The notes below the pieces were generated by a model. The model saw only the letters and a program-made list of their open reading frames with translations, was not told the origin of the DNA and did no database searches. The position numbers and the translations under genes are program-made. DNA of 64,000 bases from an uncultured delta proteobacterium. GTDB lineage: Bacteria; Desulfobacterota; Binatia; UBA9968. Shown here piece by piece: positions 47,591 through 57,111 of this stretch (its first letter is position 1; every line of letters starts with the position of its first letter). Location: assembly GCA_963728565.1 (NCBI GenBank), contig CAVSLC010000003.1, positions 64,001-128,000 of the forward strand, written 5' to 3'.

Positions 47591-47636
47591 AGCCGGAGTC
47601 TGGTCGAGTTCGAACTCGACGACTCCGGCTTTTTTT
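47591..47636 (+). terminator. Strong intrinsic terminator closing the ribosomal supercluster
   Basis: agccggagtc/gactccggct 10-bp stem enclosing the perfect palindrome gtcgagttcgaactcgac, then a T-run. Confidence 0.85.
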
Positions 47637-47750
47637 GCTTACTCTTCATCTCCGCTAGGTAATCGTTTGCACCCATGAATTCAGCTCGCCCGCCGCAAGT
47701 TTTTTTTGAAATCCAACTTGAGACTACCGCCGTGCCGGCTGTCTAACCAA

Positions 47751-48048
47751 CTACCTCGTGCTCATCTAGCGCCCTCGGGTTCTTCCAAACGTTCTAGGCG
47801 AGATCGTGCTGCGCCCTAGCGTGCCGGGTTGAAGCTTTCGCATTATCCCGGATTCCGCAGTTGCGATTGGACAGGAAGCACGAGGCAGAACCCTTCCGCA
47901 GCGAAGTCGATGGGTTTGTGCGATCACTCAGCGGTGCTTCGAGGGATTGGTGGAAGCCTCATAGCAAACGTCGTACGAGAGCCGGAAAATAACTTTGAAA
48001 CTTCACAGCCGGACGCCTTCGCTGCTGGAAGGGTTCTACCTCGCTTCC
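47751..48048. repeat. Three related repeat copies in alternating orientation (47751-47762, 47874-47909, 48014-48048)
   Basis: B=ggaagcacgaggcagaacccttccgcagcgaagtcg; reverse complement of C=ggaagcgaggtagaacccttccagcagcgaaggcg; reverse complement of A=agcacgaggtag. Confidence 0.75.
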
Positions 48049-48312
48049 GGCATTTTTGGTTCGACTGCCGGAATACGGGATTATGCCTAGTGTCAGCCAT
48101 TTGAAACGACGGTTTAAACGATCAATGGATCAATTCACCGGAAAGTAGCTGGTTGTCGCTTCGGGATGAAACCAAAAGCTGTTGGTTGGTTGCCGGAGAG
48201 AAAAGAAGGTTTACAATTCTAAAGAATTTTATTTCGAACTATCGCCTTAAGCAGCGAATAAGCCTGCTTATGTTGTACCTTCAGCAATCGCATGCCGGAG
48301 AGTTTTAGATGC

Positions 48313-49341
48313 TCAAAGCGCCGTTTTCCCGTCCTTCGGCGGTTTAACCTCGCTAAGCAGCCGCTGGATAATATCTACCGACGACAATCCTTCGCCCTGG
48401 GCCTTATAGTTCGGCACGACTCGGTGGCGTAGGACCGACGGCGCAAGCGCTTGAATGTCTTCGATTGAAACGGCATAGCGACCTTGGAGAATTGTGCGCG
48501 CCTTGGCGCCGAGGATCAGATACTGCGAAGCTCGCGGTCCGGCGCCCCACTCTACATAATCTCTGACGAACTGCGGCGCATCGTCATTTTGCGGGCGTGA
48601 ATTCTGCGACAGCGCCACGGCATACGAAACCACAAACGGTGAGACGGGAACACGTCTAACGAGTTCCTGGTAGCGCAGGATCGCGGCACCTTCCATAACC
48701 TTGCGCGGCGACGGTTTTTCATTGGAAGTCGTTTGCAGAACGATTTGCACTTCGTCATCGAAATCGGGATAACCGATTTCGATGTTGAGCATAAACCGGT
48801 CGAGCTGCGCTTCGGGAAGTGGATAGGTGCCTTCCTGTTCGATGGGATTCTGGGTTGCCAAGACAAAAAACGGTAGATCCAGCGGAAAAGTTGTTCCGCC
48901 GGCGGTGACTTTGTATTCCTGCATCGACTGCAGCAGCGCCGCTTGGGTCTTGGGCGGCGTGCGGTTGATCTCATCAGCGAGCAAAATGTTCGTGAATATC
49001 GGCCCTTTGAGGAATTGAAACTGCCGCCTGCCGGTCGATGGGTCCTCTTGCAGAATGTCGGTTCCGGTGATGTCGGAAGGCATGAGGTCGGGCGTAAACT
49101 GAATGCGGTTAAATTCTAGATCCAGGATCTCCGACAGGGTGCTGATCAACAGCGTTTTGGCCAGACCCGGGACCCCCACCAACAGGCAGTGTCCGCGGGC
49201 GAACAGCGCGATCAAAACTTCCTCGACGACCCTATCTTGACCGACGATGACCTTGCGAATTTCGCCCAGCATGGTGTCGCGTTTAGCCGCGAATTCTTCG
49301 ATCTCCGCAATTTCATGTTGATGAATTTTAGCCGCGTCCAT
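48313..49341 (-). CDS. MoxR family AAA+ ATPase
   Basis: GVPGLAKT, RIQFTPDLMPSDITG, LADEINR, ATQNPIEQEGTYPLPEAQLDRF. Confidence 0.95.
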   Translation of the reverse strand: MDAAKIHQHEIAEIEEFAAKRDTMLGEIRKVIVGQDRVVEEVLIALFARGHCLLVGVPGLAKTLLISTLSEILDLEFNRIQFTPDLMPSDITGTDILQEDPSTGRRQFQFLKGPIFTNILLADEINRTPPKTQAALLQSMQEYKVTAGGTTFPLDLPFFVLATQNPIEQEGTYPLPEAQLDRFMLNIEIGYPDFDDEVQIVLQTTSNEKPSPRKVMEGAAILRYQELVRRVPVSPFVVSYAVALSQNSRPQNDDAPQFVRDYVEWGAGPRASQYLILGAKARTILQGRYAVSIEDIQALAPSVLRHRVVPNYKAQGEGLSSVDIIQRLLSEVKPPKDGKTAL

Positions 49342-49353
49342 CGAGGTTCCTTT

Positions 49354-50940
49354 TCAGTTGGCGCCGAGCAACTTATCGAGCGAAGCCTTTGCCAGTTGCG
49401 CTTTTTCCGTCTCGCCCAAGGATGCGTAGACTTCGGTCAGTAGCTTAAAAATAAGCGGATTGAAAGGATTGATTTGAATTGCTTCCTCGAGTGCGTTCTT
49501 AGTCTCGTGATAATTTTTTGTCGCATGATAAATGCGGCCCAGTTGAACGTAGGTGCCGCCGTTGTCCGGGTCCAAATCAAGCGCTTTCTTCAACGGAGTC
49601 AGCGCCTCGGGGTAGCGATTCATCTGGATCAAAACCCGTCCCAACTTGTTGAGAATGATTGGAGAATGCGGGCTGGCCTGCAAGGCGCGCTGGTATTCGT
49701 TGGCCGCCGCTACGGTTCGTCCCTTGTTTGATAGTTGATCGCCAAGATGGGTACGGTTACGCGCCACCGCCGATTGGATCTCCTTGAGCTCGACGATTTC
49801 TTGGTCTTCGTTTTGATCTTTTTTCACTTTCAGCCGGCGCACCCGGGTGCCTTCGATTTCTTTAAGGCCCTTTTGTTTCAGAAAATTTTTCCACTGAACT
49901 TCGAACGCATCGAAAGACAGGCCGAACACCTTTGAAATCGCCTCGGATGTGGATGATTCATTAAGCGTCGCCAATAGCTCGCGTACGCCGGTCTTACCCT
50001 TGCTTTGATTGATGTAGTCGATTGCGGACGCAGCTTCGGCATAAGCCAATTGAACTTGCTCGGGTGTTTCCAAATGGATCAGCGAGGGTTCCATCTTTTT
50101 GAATCCGACGAATTGGTTTTTCTCCAGAGCTTGCACCAGCAGGGTTTGATTGGCGGGCGTCAGATAGTCCTCGGCTGCGTCCTTGGGCGGCACCGGTTTG
50201 CGCCAGCGAGTTTCGTAAAAGCGCGCCATTCCTTCGTGCAGCCAGATCGGCGCCTGGTTGTTGGTGAGACCGACGATCGCGTAATGCAGATACTCATGGC
50301 TCAAGGAATCGACCCAGCGATAGCCGAGACTCAGCGCCCGCGGCGAGATGATCATAAGCTTATTGAACTTACAGATGCCCACGGCGCCGGTCTCCTCGAT
50401 ATCGCGCAGAGAGAGAGTTGAAATCGCGTTGAAGCTCGGCGCATCTGGGGCGACCTCGACGCGGACTTTCTCCTTGGGGTAGTAACCGAGTTCCGCGCCG
50501 ACCGCCTGGTAGCTTTTTTCCAAAGCATCGAGGGCATGGGTTGCCAATATCCCGTCGCGTTTTTCATCGAGGTAAAGCACGAAATGGACGCTCTCATAAC
50601 GCTTGAGCGTTTTGATGACGTCGACGGTGAACTGGGTCAGCAGCTTTAATCCCTGGCGCTGTTTCACCTTGGAATCAATGGTAAGAGCCCTGTCGATGGA
50701 CGCCAGAGCCTCCTGGTACCGGCCTTGGTAGAATTTTACCCGGGCATCGAAATCCAGCGCATCGGGGGACTTCGGGTTGTCACGCAATGACTTCACCGCG
50801 AGCTCTTCAGCTTGGCTAATACGCCAGGCGTCGAGGAGCTCTTGGCCCTCCTTGAACTTGTCCTCCACCTCAGCGGCGAACAGTTGCGCCGCTAAACCGA
50901 GCAAAATAACAATTGCTGCGAAAGCAGTTCGATACTTCAA
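49354..50940 (-). CDS. Exported TPR-repeat protein with central peptidase MA-like (gluzincin) domain
   Basis: Signal peptide MKYRTAFAAIVILLGLAAQLFA; HEYLH plus downstream WLHEGMA; N- and C-terminal TPR repeats. Confidence 0.8.
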   Translation of the reverse strand: MKYRTAFAAIVILLGLAAQLFAAEVEDKFKEGQELLDAWRISQAEELAVKSLRDNPKSPDALDFDARVKFYQGRYQEALASIDRALTIDSKVKQRQGLKLLTQFTVDVIKTLKRYESVHFVLYLDEKRDGILATHALDALEKSYQAVGAELGYYPKEKVRVEVAPDAPSFNAISTLSLRDIEETGAVGICKFNKLMIISPRALSLGYRWVDSLSHEYLHYAIVGLTNNQAPIWLHEGMARFYETRWRKPVPPKDAAEDYLTPANQTLLVQALEKNQFVGFKKMEPSLIHLETPEQVQLAYAEAASAIDYINQSKGKTGVRELLATLNESSTSEAISKVFGLSFDAFEVQWKNFLKQKGLKEIEGTRVRRLKVKKDQNEDQEIVELKEIQSAVARNRTHLGDQLSNKGRTVAAANEYQRALQASPHSPIILNKLGRVLIQMNRYPEALTPLKKALDLDPDNGGTYVQLGRIYHATKNYHETKNALEEAIQINPFNPLIFKLLTEVYASLGETEKAQLAKASLDKLLGAN

Positions 50941-50946
50941 AGTCTG

Positions 50947-53900
50947 TTACTCGGAAAGATTTTTGAAATAGCGTTCGATCTGGTCCTTTAGCTGAGGCGG
51001 AACGCCTTGCTTGAGAGAGTCCAGGATCTCTTCACGAAAATTTCGCGGAGCTTTGTATTCTTCCTTGCCGGGAAGACGGAATTTCTCGGTATCCAGTCCG
51101 GTGAAACCACTATCAACGTCAAACTCCGGAAACTGCGGCATGCCCGGGAGCGGCGTTAACATTCCTCCCGGCATGAACCGGCCTTGCCGGAATAACCGAG
51201 TTACCGGCATATTGCCTAGTTGGCCGCGTTGAGCCATTTGTTGCATGGCCGATTGCATTTGTTGTTGTGACTGCGAAAGCCGGTCCAGCGCTTCACGTTC
51301 AGGTGGTACCGCGCCTTGTGAGTCGAGCCGGCCGAGACGCTGGTTGGCATTGTTCATGGATTTCCCGGCTTCGCCGATATTTTGGACAATTTTTGGATCG
51401 AGTGAGGGGAAAAGTTGAAAAAGCGACTCCAGCTTCTCATGCAGAGATTCAGTGCGTTCGCGCAAAACTCCTTGGCGGTTGGCGAGATCGCGGAGTTGTT
51501 TTTGATCGGACTCCTTGAGCGCCTGCATCGATTGGCCCATCAAACTGTCCAGCTCGGACTTCAGGTTGTCCAAGGTGCTTTCAGCGCGCCGCGCTCTCTC
51601 AACCTGTGCAGGATCACGTTTTTTTGCTAGCTCTTTGCGTGCTAACCCCTCGCCCTCGCCATAGCCGGGAAAATCCTTGCTCAGCAGCTTTGCGATCAAA
51701 TTTTTAAGAAGTTGATTCATCGTCGCGTCGTCGAGCTTGGTGGCGGCTTGGGGATCTTCCGGCCCCTCGCGATCGGGAAAAAGCTCGGTCAATTTCCCCA
51801 GCTCGCTCTTGGCGTTTTCCAGGAATCGATCGAGTTTTTGCTTCAAAGCACTATCACGCTCGCTCAACGCCGACTTATTGATGTCTTCCGTGTTCAAGAG
51901 TATTTCCTGCTGCTCGCGCGCGATCTGCTGCAACTCGTTGGTTGAACGCGACATCTCGCCTTGCATACGCCCCATGCTTGAAGCCATCGCCGAGCGCTGG
52001 GAGTTCTGCAATGACGCCACCATCTGCGCCATCTGATTGAACAATTCCCGAGCAAGCTGACGCGCCCCGTCGATGTCGCCTTGCATCAGTTTCTTGCGGA
52101 TCTCATCGAGCGCCGAAAACATCTCGTTGAACCCTAAGCTGCGCATCGATTCCATATTCATGAAATCGTCCGGCAGTTGTTGCGCCATCTGCGACATGGC
52201 TTGTTGCAGCGCGGCCAGTGACTTGGCGAGTTCGGAAAGCTGCTTGAGAAGCGAATCCAGATTCTTGTCGCCGCTGTGAAGCTTTTCCAAAGATTCCATG
52301 AGGCGCTCCTGACTGCGCGCCAGGTCCTGCGCCGTCGAAGCCATCTCCTGCGCCTTTAGCCGCTTGCTGATATCTTCCGAGAGCAGCGACATGCGCTCCA
52401 GTTCCGACGAAATCTCATCGCGAGCTCTCAATTTATCATCAGCAGACTGAGCCTGCTCTTGTTTCTTGAGCAACTCTTCCTTGGTGAACTGCAGATTTCG
52501 CTTCAACGCTTCAAGATCGGACCAGGTGGCGAAGTCGGAAAGCCGGTCCTTTTCGGTTCTGCGCATCACTTCTTCGGTTTGCTTCAATGCTTCGGTCAGG
52601 TTTTGCTCAAATTTCTGGTTCATGTCGGGCGCGCGAGCCGCATTGTTTTCTTCCGGCATCGGCTTTTCCAGGTGATCACCCAGCAGATCGACCATTCGAC
52701 TGTTAAGTTCACGGACCATCTCGGCAATCTGTTGATGTTCGCCCTTGATATTCTTAAGCCGCAGCCTGATCGCGCGCGATGAGCCCAGCTTGGGTCCGGA
52801 AATGGTGTCATTGTCCGTGACCTCGAGGTTGACCAGCGCGTCCTCTCCGTCGCGCAATGCCAGCCGGCCGAGGTCCCAACGGTATTGGTCGCGGAGAATT
52901 AGCCTGCGGGCATCATCTTTCTGCAGTCGAATCTTCTCTTGTCGCTCGCCGACTTTCACTGAAAGTGTCACTTCAGCCAGGCCGAAATCGTCACGCGCGC
53001 TGTATTCAAGGGTCAGCATCTCGTCGCCGTTAATCTCCAAATCTTCAGTCGGGCGGAGCAGGTCGATGGTGGGAAAGCCATCGGGCTTGACCTTCAGATC
53101 ATAGGATATCGGCGAATTTCGAAAGCCATGGCGATCTTCCACAAGGATCTGGTATTGCTGTGATTGAAAAAGCACCAAATTGCCTTGCAGCTTGCGTCCA
53201 TCAATCTTTAGCGGAACGCGCTTGCCATCACCAAGAACGATTTCGGCTTTGACGATGTCTTTTGTGCTAATCGCATTGATCCTGAGGTTCGAGCCCTTGA
53301 GCCCCTCGATGTTGCCGCTGGTCGTGGCAGTTGCGCCGAGCCCGGTGTACGCCGGTGGATAAACAGTCAGTTGCAGGTTGCCGATTTCGGGCGGATCGAT
53401 GGCTTCGGCGGAGTAGGTTGTCGAAGAAAACGGGCCGCTGGCGGCACGGTAGCTCACGGTTCTTTTCAAGTGAGCGAGCTTGACCCTAAACTTGCCTTCA
53501 CCCAGGCTCTCCATGACTAGTTTTTCCTCGCCAACGAGCTCGCCGCGATCATTCGTGCCGGCCCAGACGATGAGATCAAGAGTTTTCGGGATAACTCCTG
53601 AAGTTGTCGCCTCGATCGTCACCGGCGCGCCACGCACAACGCGCAGCCCTCGAGGATTAAGTTCTATGGCTGTCTGGGATGGCGGCATGTGGTCCAACGG
53701 ATGTGTCAACAAGCTGAACGTCTGTCCTACCCAGGAAGGATTGAAAAGCAACATCCCGAGCACTGGAATGGCAAGAAGAAAAAACAGCCGGAGACTGCTC
53801 TTAAGCCGGTGCGTGTCGAGCAAATCGTTAAGCTTGAGCCCGGAAACTTCCTTGCGGGTGGTGCGTAACAGGGCGAGCACCATCGGCGCCGAAAATCCTG

Positions 53901-54258
53901 GCGCACTCTGAGCGTTCGCTACCTGCGGGTAGAGTTGCAAAGAGTTGATTAAATTATTGCGCAGTTTTGGCTGTTTTTGCTCGACGTAACGCGCTGCATG
54001 TTCCCGTGAAAACCGCCGCGCGACTTGAATGATGGTCCAGCAGATCAAACCCAGCAGGGTTGCGGCGGTGATAACGCTGTAGACCAGCGGCGCATAAGGA
54101 AAGAAAGTTTTGATCTGTTCGATACCCGGGCCGACTGCCAAAAGCAGTAGCGCGCATATTGCCGTGAGACAGATGCCCTCAATACCCTTAAGAAATTTGA
54201 AGCGCCGAATAAAACGCTTCAAGAATGAGGAGAGTTCTTGAAATTCCTCTTGTCCCAT
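50947..54258 (-). CDS. Large membrane-anchored protein with Ig-like and long coiled-coil regions (DUF4175-like)
   Basis: N-terminal TM helices, LRNNLINSLQL, YPPAYTG, ARDDFGL, DNDTISGPK, Q/E/L-rich coils, C-terminal IERYFKNL. Confidence 0.75.
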   Translation of the reverse strand: MGQEEFQELSSFLKRFIRRFKFLKGIEGICLTAICALLLLAVGPGIEQIKTFFPYAPLVYSVITAATLLGLICWTIIQVARRFSREHAARYVEQKQPKLRNNLINSLQLYPQVANAQSAPGFSAPMVLALLRTTRKEVSGLKLNDLLDTHRLKSSLRLFFLLAIPVLGMLLFNPSWVGQTFSLLTHPLDHMPPSQTAIELNPRGLRVVRGAPVTIEATTSGVIPKTLDLIVWAGTNDRGELVGEEKLVMESLGEGKFRVKLAHLKRTVSYRAASGPFSSTTYSAEAIDPPEIGNLQLTVYPPAYTGLGATATTSGNIEGLKGSNLRINAISTKDIVKAEIVLGDGKRVPLKIDGRKLQGNLVLFQSQQYQILVEDRHGFRNSPISYDLKVKPDGFPTIDLLRPTEDLEINGDEMLTLEYSARDDFGLAEVTLSVKVGERQEKIRLQKDDARRLILRDQYRWDLGRLALRDGEDALVNLEVTDNDTISGPKLGSSRAIRLRLKNIKGEHQQIAEMVRELNSRMVDLLGDHLEKPMPEENNAARAPDMNQKFEQNLTEALKQTEEVMRRTEKDRLSDFATWSDLEALKRNLQFTKEELLKKQEQAQSADDKLRARDEISSELERMSLLSEDISKRLKAQEMASTAQDLARSQERLMESLEKLHSGDKNLDSLLKQLSELAKSLAALQQAMSQMAQQLPDDFMNMESMRSLGFNEMFSALDEIRKKLMQGDIDGARQLARELFNQMAQMVASLQNSQRSAMASSMGRMQGEMSRSTNELQQIAREQQEILLNTEDINKSALSERDSALKQKLDRFLENAKSELGKLTELFPDREGPEDPQAATKLDDATMNQLLKNLIAKLLSKDFPGYGEGEGLARKELAKKRDPAQVERARRAESTLDNLKSELDSLMGQSMQALKESDQKQLRDLANRQGVLRERTESLHEKLESLFQLFPSLDPKIVQNIGEAGKSMNNANQRLGRLDSQGAVPPEREALDRLSQSQQQMQSAMQQMAQRGQLGNMPVTRLFRQGRFMPGGMLTPLPGMPQFPEFDVDSGFTGLDTEKFRLPGKEEYKAPRNFREEILDSLKQGVPPQLKDQIERYFKNLSE

Positions 54259-54418
54259 TGGCTGACGCTGAAGGGCATCTTATCGCCGATCCTAGGGGTT
54301 GTCTATCGTGCTCTGGTTTCGCTTCCCCCTCAGTGGCAAGACGATGTTTCTTGTGTTAATCAAAGAACCTTCATCATTTCTCGCTGTTTTGGCTGGAGAA
54401 AGGAACGCCACGAGTTTA

Positions 54419-56011
54419 ATGGAAAACCTTGAAACCGATATACTCATTCTGCACGAGGGGCACGAGGATGAATACGGTGACGATGAAGAGGGCATCGTCA
54501 TGGACGAAGATCATCCGATGTGGCGCTCCGAGCGAATTACGCTTAATTCGGTCGGCATCGACATCGGTTCATCGACATCCCACCTGATTTTCTCCCGACT
54601 GACTTTGCGTCGGCAGGGCATGGCTTTATCGAGCCGTTTCGTTGTCGTCAATCGCGAGATGCTCCACGAGTCGCCGATCCTCTTAACCCCCTATGTCGAC
54701 AAAACGACTATCGATACCGACAAGTTGAATGAGTTCATCCATGATTCGTACCGCAAGGCTAATCTGACGCCCAGCGATATCGACACCGGCGCGATCATTG
54801 TTACCGGGGAGGCTGCGAAAAAGAAAAACGCCGAGGCCATAGCCGCACTTTTTTCCGCGGAGGCGGGTAAGTTCGTATGTGCCACCGCGGGACACAATCT
54901 CGAGTCGATTCTTGCGGCGTACGGTTCCGGCGCAGTCGGCATGACCCATCATGAGGGCGGCGATTTTACCGTCATGAATGTCGACATCGGCGGCGGCACC
55001 AGCAAGATCGCAATCGCGCAGGGCGGAAAGGTTATAGACACTTGCGCCATGGAAGTCGGCGCGCGCCTGATAGCCATGGACGAAACCGGTAGGATCAATC
55101 GGCTCGAGGATACCGCGCTCAAAGTAGCCAATATGGCCGGTGTGAAGCTCGCCCTCGGAGCCACCGTGAGCGAAGAGGACAAGGAGAAGTTGGCCCAAGT
55201 GCTGTGCGACTCGCTCTTCGAGGTGCTCGAGCGCGGCCAGATCTCCACGCAGGCGCAAGATCTGCTTTTGACGCCCAACCTTGAGTACAAGGATCCGATT
55301 CACGCGGTGATGTTTTCAGGCGGAGTGTCTGAGTTTGTCTATGGCTACGAAAAGCGGAATCTGGGGGACCTGGGTGTCCATCTCGGCCGGCGTGTCCGGG
55401 CGCGCGCCAATCAGCTGGCCGGGGGTAAGATTCCATTGCGACCGGCCGAAGTACGGATTCGCGCTACCGTCATCGGAGCGTCCCAGTACACTGTCCAGGT
55501 CAGCGGCAATACCATCTACCTTTCTCATCCGGAATTGCTGCCTCTGCGCAACCTGCAAGTGATTACGCCTGAATTTGAGCAGAGTGAAACCCTCACATCC
55601 GCCGATATCACCATCTCCGTTCGGAAGGCTTTACAGCGTTTCGACATTTTCGATTCTGACCGAGCCGTAGCGCTCGCGATCAGATGGGAGCTTGGCCCTT
55701 CCTATCCGCTAATTCGCATGCTGGCGGAAGGGCTAGTGGGCGCCATGAAGGAGCATATTGATCAGGGTCAACCGATGGTGCTGGTCTTTGACGCGGATAT
55801 CGCCAAGCTGATGGGAAACATCATAGAACGCGAGCTGATACCCGGGGCAGGAATCATTTCAATCGACGGCATCGATCTCAAGGATTTCGATTTCATCGAC
55901 ATCGGTCAAGAATTACCCGACGCCAAAGCTGTTCCGGTCGTAATCAAGTCGTTGATTTTTCGCCATAACGAGCAGGGGCGGGGTCATCATCACCATCACC
56001 ATCGCCACTGA
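54419..56011 (+). CDS. eutA: EutA-like (ethanolamine ammonia-lyase reactivase family) ASKHA ATPase with His-rich termini
   Basis: SVGIDIGSSTSHLIFS, SPILLTP, DTGAIIVTGE, FVCATAGHNLES, NVDIGGGTS, FSGGV, IRATVIGASQYT, VPVVIKSLIF. Confidence 0.85.
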   Translation: MENLETDILILHEGHEDEYGDDEEGIVMDEDHPMWRSERITLNSVGIDIGSSTSHLIFSRLTLRRQGMALSSRFVVVNREMLHESPILLTPYVDKTTIDTDKLNEFIHDSYRKANLTPSDIDTGAIIVTGEAAKKKNAEAIAALFSAEAGKFVCATAGHNLESILAAYGSGAVGMTHHEGGDFTVMNVDIGGGTSKIAIAQGGKVIDTCAMEVGARLIAMDETGRINRLEDTALKVANMAGVKLALGATVSEEDKEKLAQVLCDSLFEVLERGQISTQAQDLLLTPNLEYKDPIHAVMFSGGVSEFVYGYEKRNLGDLGVHLGRRVRARANQLAGGKIPLRPAEVRIRATVIGASQYTVQVSGNTIYLSHPELLPLRNLQVITPEFEQSETLTSADITISVRKALQRFDIFDSDRAVALAIRWELGPSYPLIRMLAEGLVGAMKEHIDQGQPMVLVFDADIAKLMGNIIERELIPGAGIISIDGIDLKDFDFIDIGQELPDAKAVPVVIKSLIFRHNEQGRGHHHHHHRH

Positions 56012-56036
56012 ACGGTAGCGGCTTGGCACAGCCACG

Positions 56037-56065
56037 TTGACATTAGAAACGATATCGCCTAATTT
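56037..56065 (+). promoter_or_regulatory. Putative sigma70 promoter for the 56101-59037 operon
   Basis: TTGACA-17 bp-TAATTT followed by an AT-rich leader. Confidence 0.6.
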
Positions 56066-56100
56066 AAAAATTATCTTTATTTTACGGGTGTTTAACTTTT

Positions 56101-56286
56101 ATGGACGAAGCAAGCGGTTTGCAGAATTTTCTCGCGATCGTAACCAAGCCGGACAATATTCCGATTGTCGGCATGCTGATCCTGGTGATTTTCTTCAGTT
56201 GGATCGGACTGCGCCAGGCATTCAAGAATGATCAGCTCGTCGAGCAGGGTAAAGAAGACCAAATTCCCAATGAAATGTGGAAGTAG
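56101..56286 (+). CDS. Small single-pass membrane protein (KPDNIPIVGM motif)
   Basis: 61 aa with one TM helix; stop TAG directly adjacent to the next ATG. Confidence 0.75.
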   Translation: MDEASGLQNFLAIVTKPDNIPIVGMLILVIFFSWIGLRQAFKNDQLVEQGKEDQIPNEMWK

Positions 56287-57111
56287 ATGTTGAGGGGCTG
56301 CCTGATTGGGCTGGCCGTCCTCACGTGCATGGGTCTATCTTTAGCTGCTGAAACAACATCTCCTCTCGTAAAGGAAAATCAGTGGGAGGAGGCGCGGAAC
56401 TATCTGGCAGAAGGAAAAGCCGCAGAAGCCAAAGCGGTCTTTGAGGCTTTACTGAGGCGATATCCTGAGGAACCCGATCTTCATCTCTTTTTGGGTATAA
56501 CCCTGCTGAGACTCCGCGATCCCCAAGCCGCCGAGACGTCGGTGCGCAAGGCGATTGCCCTTGATCCCGATCATGTTGAAGCGAGAACCTTACTTGCCTG
56601 GATCGAGTCGGATATTCGCGGTGACTTCGATGCAGCGATTGCGGAGTACAAAAAGGTTGTCGAGCTGAAACCCGATCTTCCCCAGGCCTACAACAATCTT
56701 GGAGTGGCCTTGAAACGCAAAGGGGAGCTTGCCGCGGCAGCCGACAACTTTAACAAGGCGTTGGAGCGAAAGCCGGATTTTAGCGCGGCGCTGAACAACC
56801 GGGGCTGGACATTCGCTGAACAGGATAGATGGAGCGAAGCGCGCCGAGACTTCGAACAGGCGCTTAAGATCAATCCTCAAGACGACGGCGCGCTTTACGG
56901 CCTGTCACAGGCGTTGCGCGAAGTGAGGGATTACTCCGGGGCGCAAGAGGTTTTGGGCCAGCTCATATCTCGCTCTCCCAATTTTGTTTACTGGCTGGAG
57001 TGGGGGCGCATCGGGCTGATTCGATACTGGTGGGTTTTGTTGGCGATTGCGTTGGCATTCTTTTTCAAAGGACGATTCAAGAAAGCGGGGGTCCAATCTC
57101 ATGGCGGCTGA
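56287..57111 (+). CDS. TPR-repeat protein with signal peptide and C-terminal TM anchor
   Basis: About 6 TPR units (e.g. AYNNLGVALKRKG), hydrophobic N-terminus and YWWVLLAIALAFFF followed by basic residues. Confidence 0.85.
   Translation: MLRGCLIGLAVLTCMGLSLAAETTSPLVKENQWEEARNYLAEGKAAEAKAVFEALLRRYPEEPDLHLFLGITLLRLRDPQAAETSVRKAIALDPDHVEARTLLAWIESDIRGDFDAAIAEYKKVVELKPDLPQAYNNLGVALKRKGELAAAADNFNKALERKPDFSAALNNRGWTFAEQDRWSEARRDFEQALKINPQDDGALYGLSQALREVRDYSGAQEVLGQLISRSPNFVYWLEWGRIGLIRYWWVLLAIALAFFFKGRFKKAGVQSHGG

Noticed and set aside
47829-48104. 91-aa ORF in the intergenic region after rplQ
   Set aside because: TTG start, no SD and no motifs; it spans the inverted repeats and is probably spurious.
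55982-56011. His6 tail as a cloning-vector artefact
   Set aside because: Mixed codons, an Arg-His continuation, no vector sequence and native genomic context indicate it is natural.
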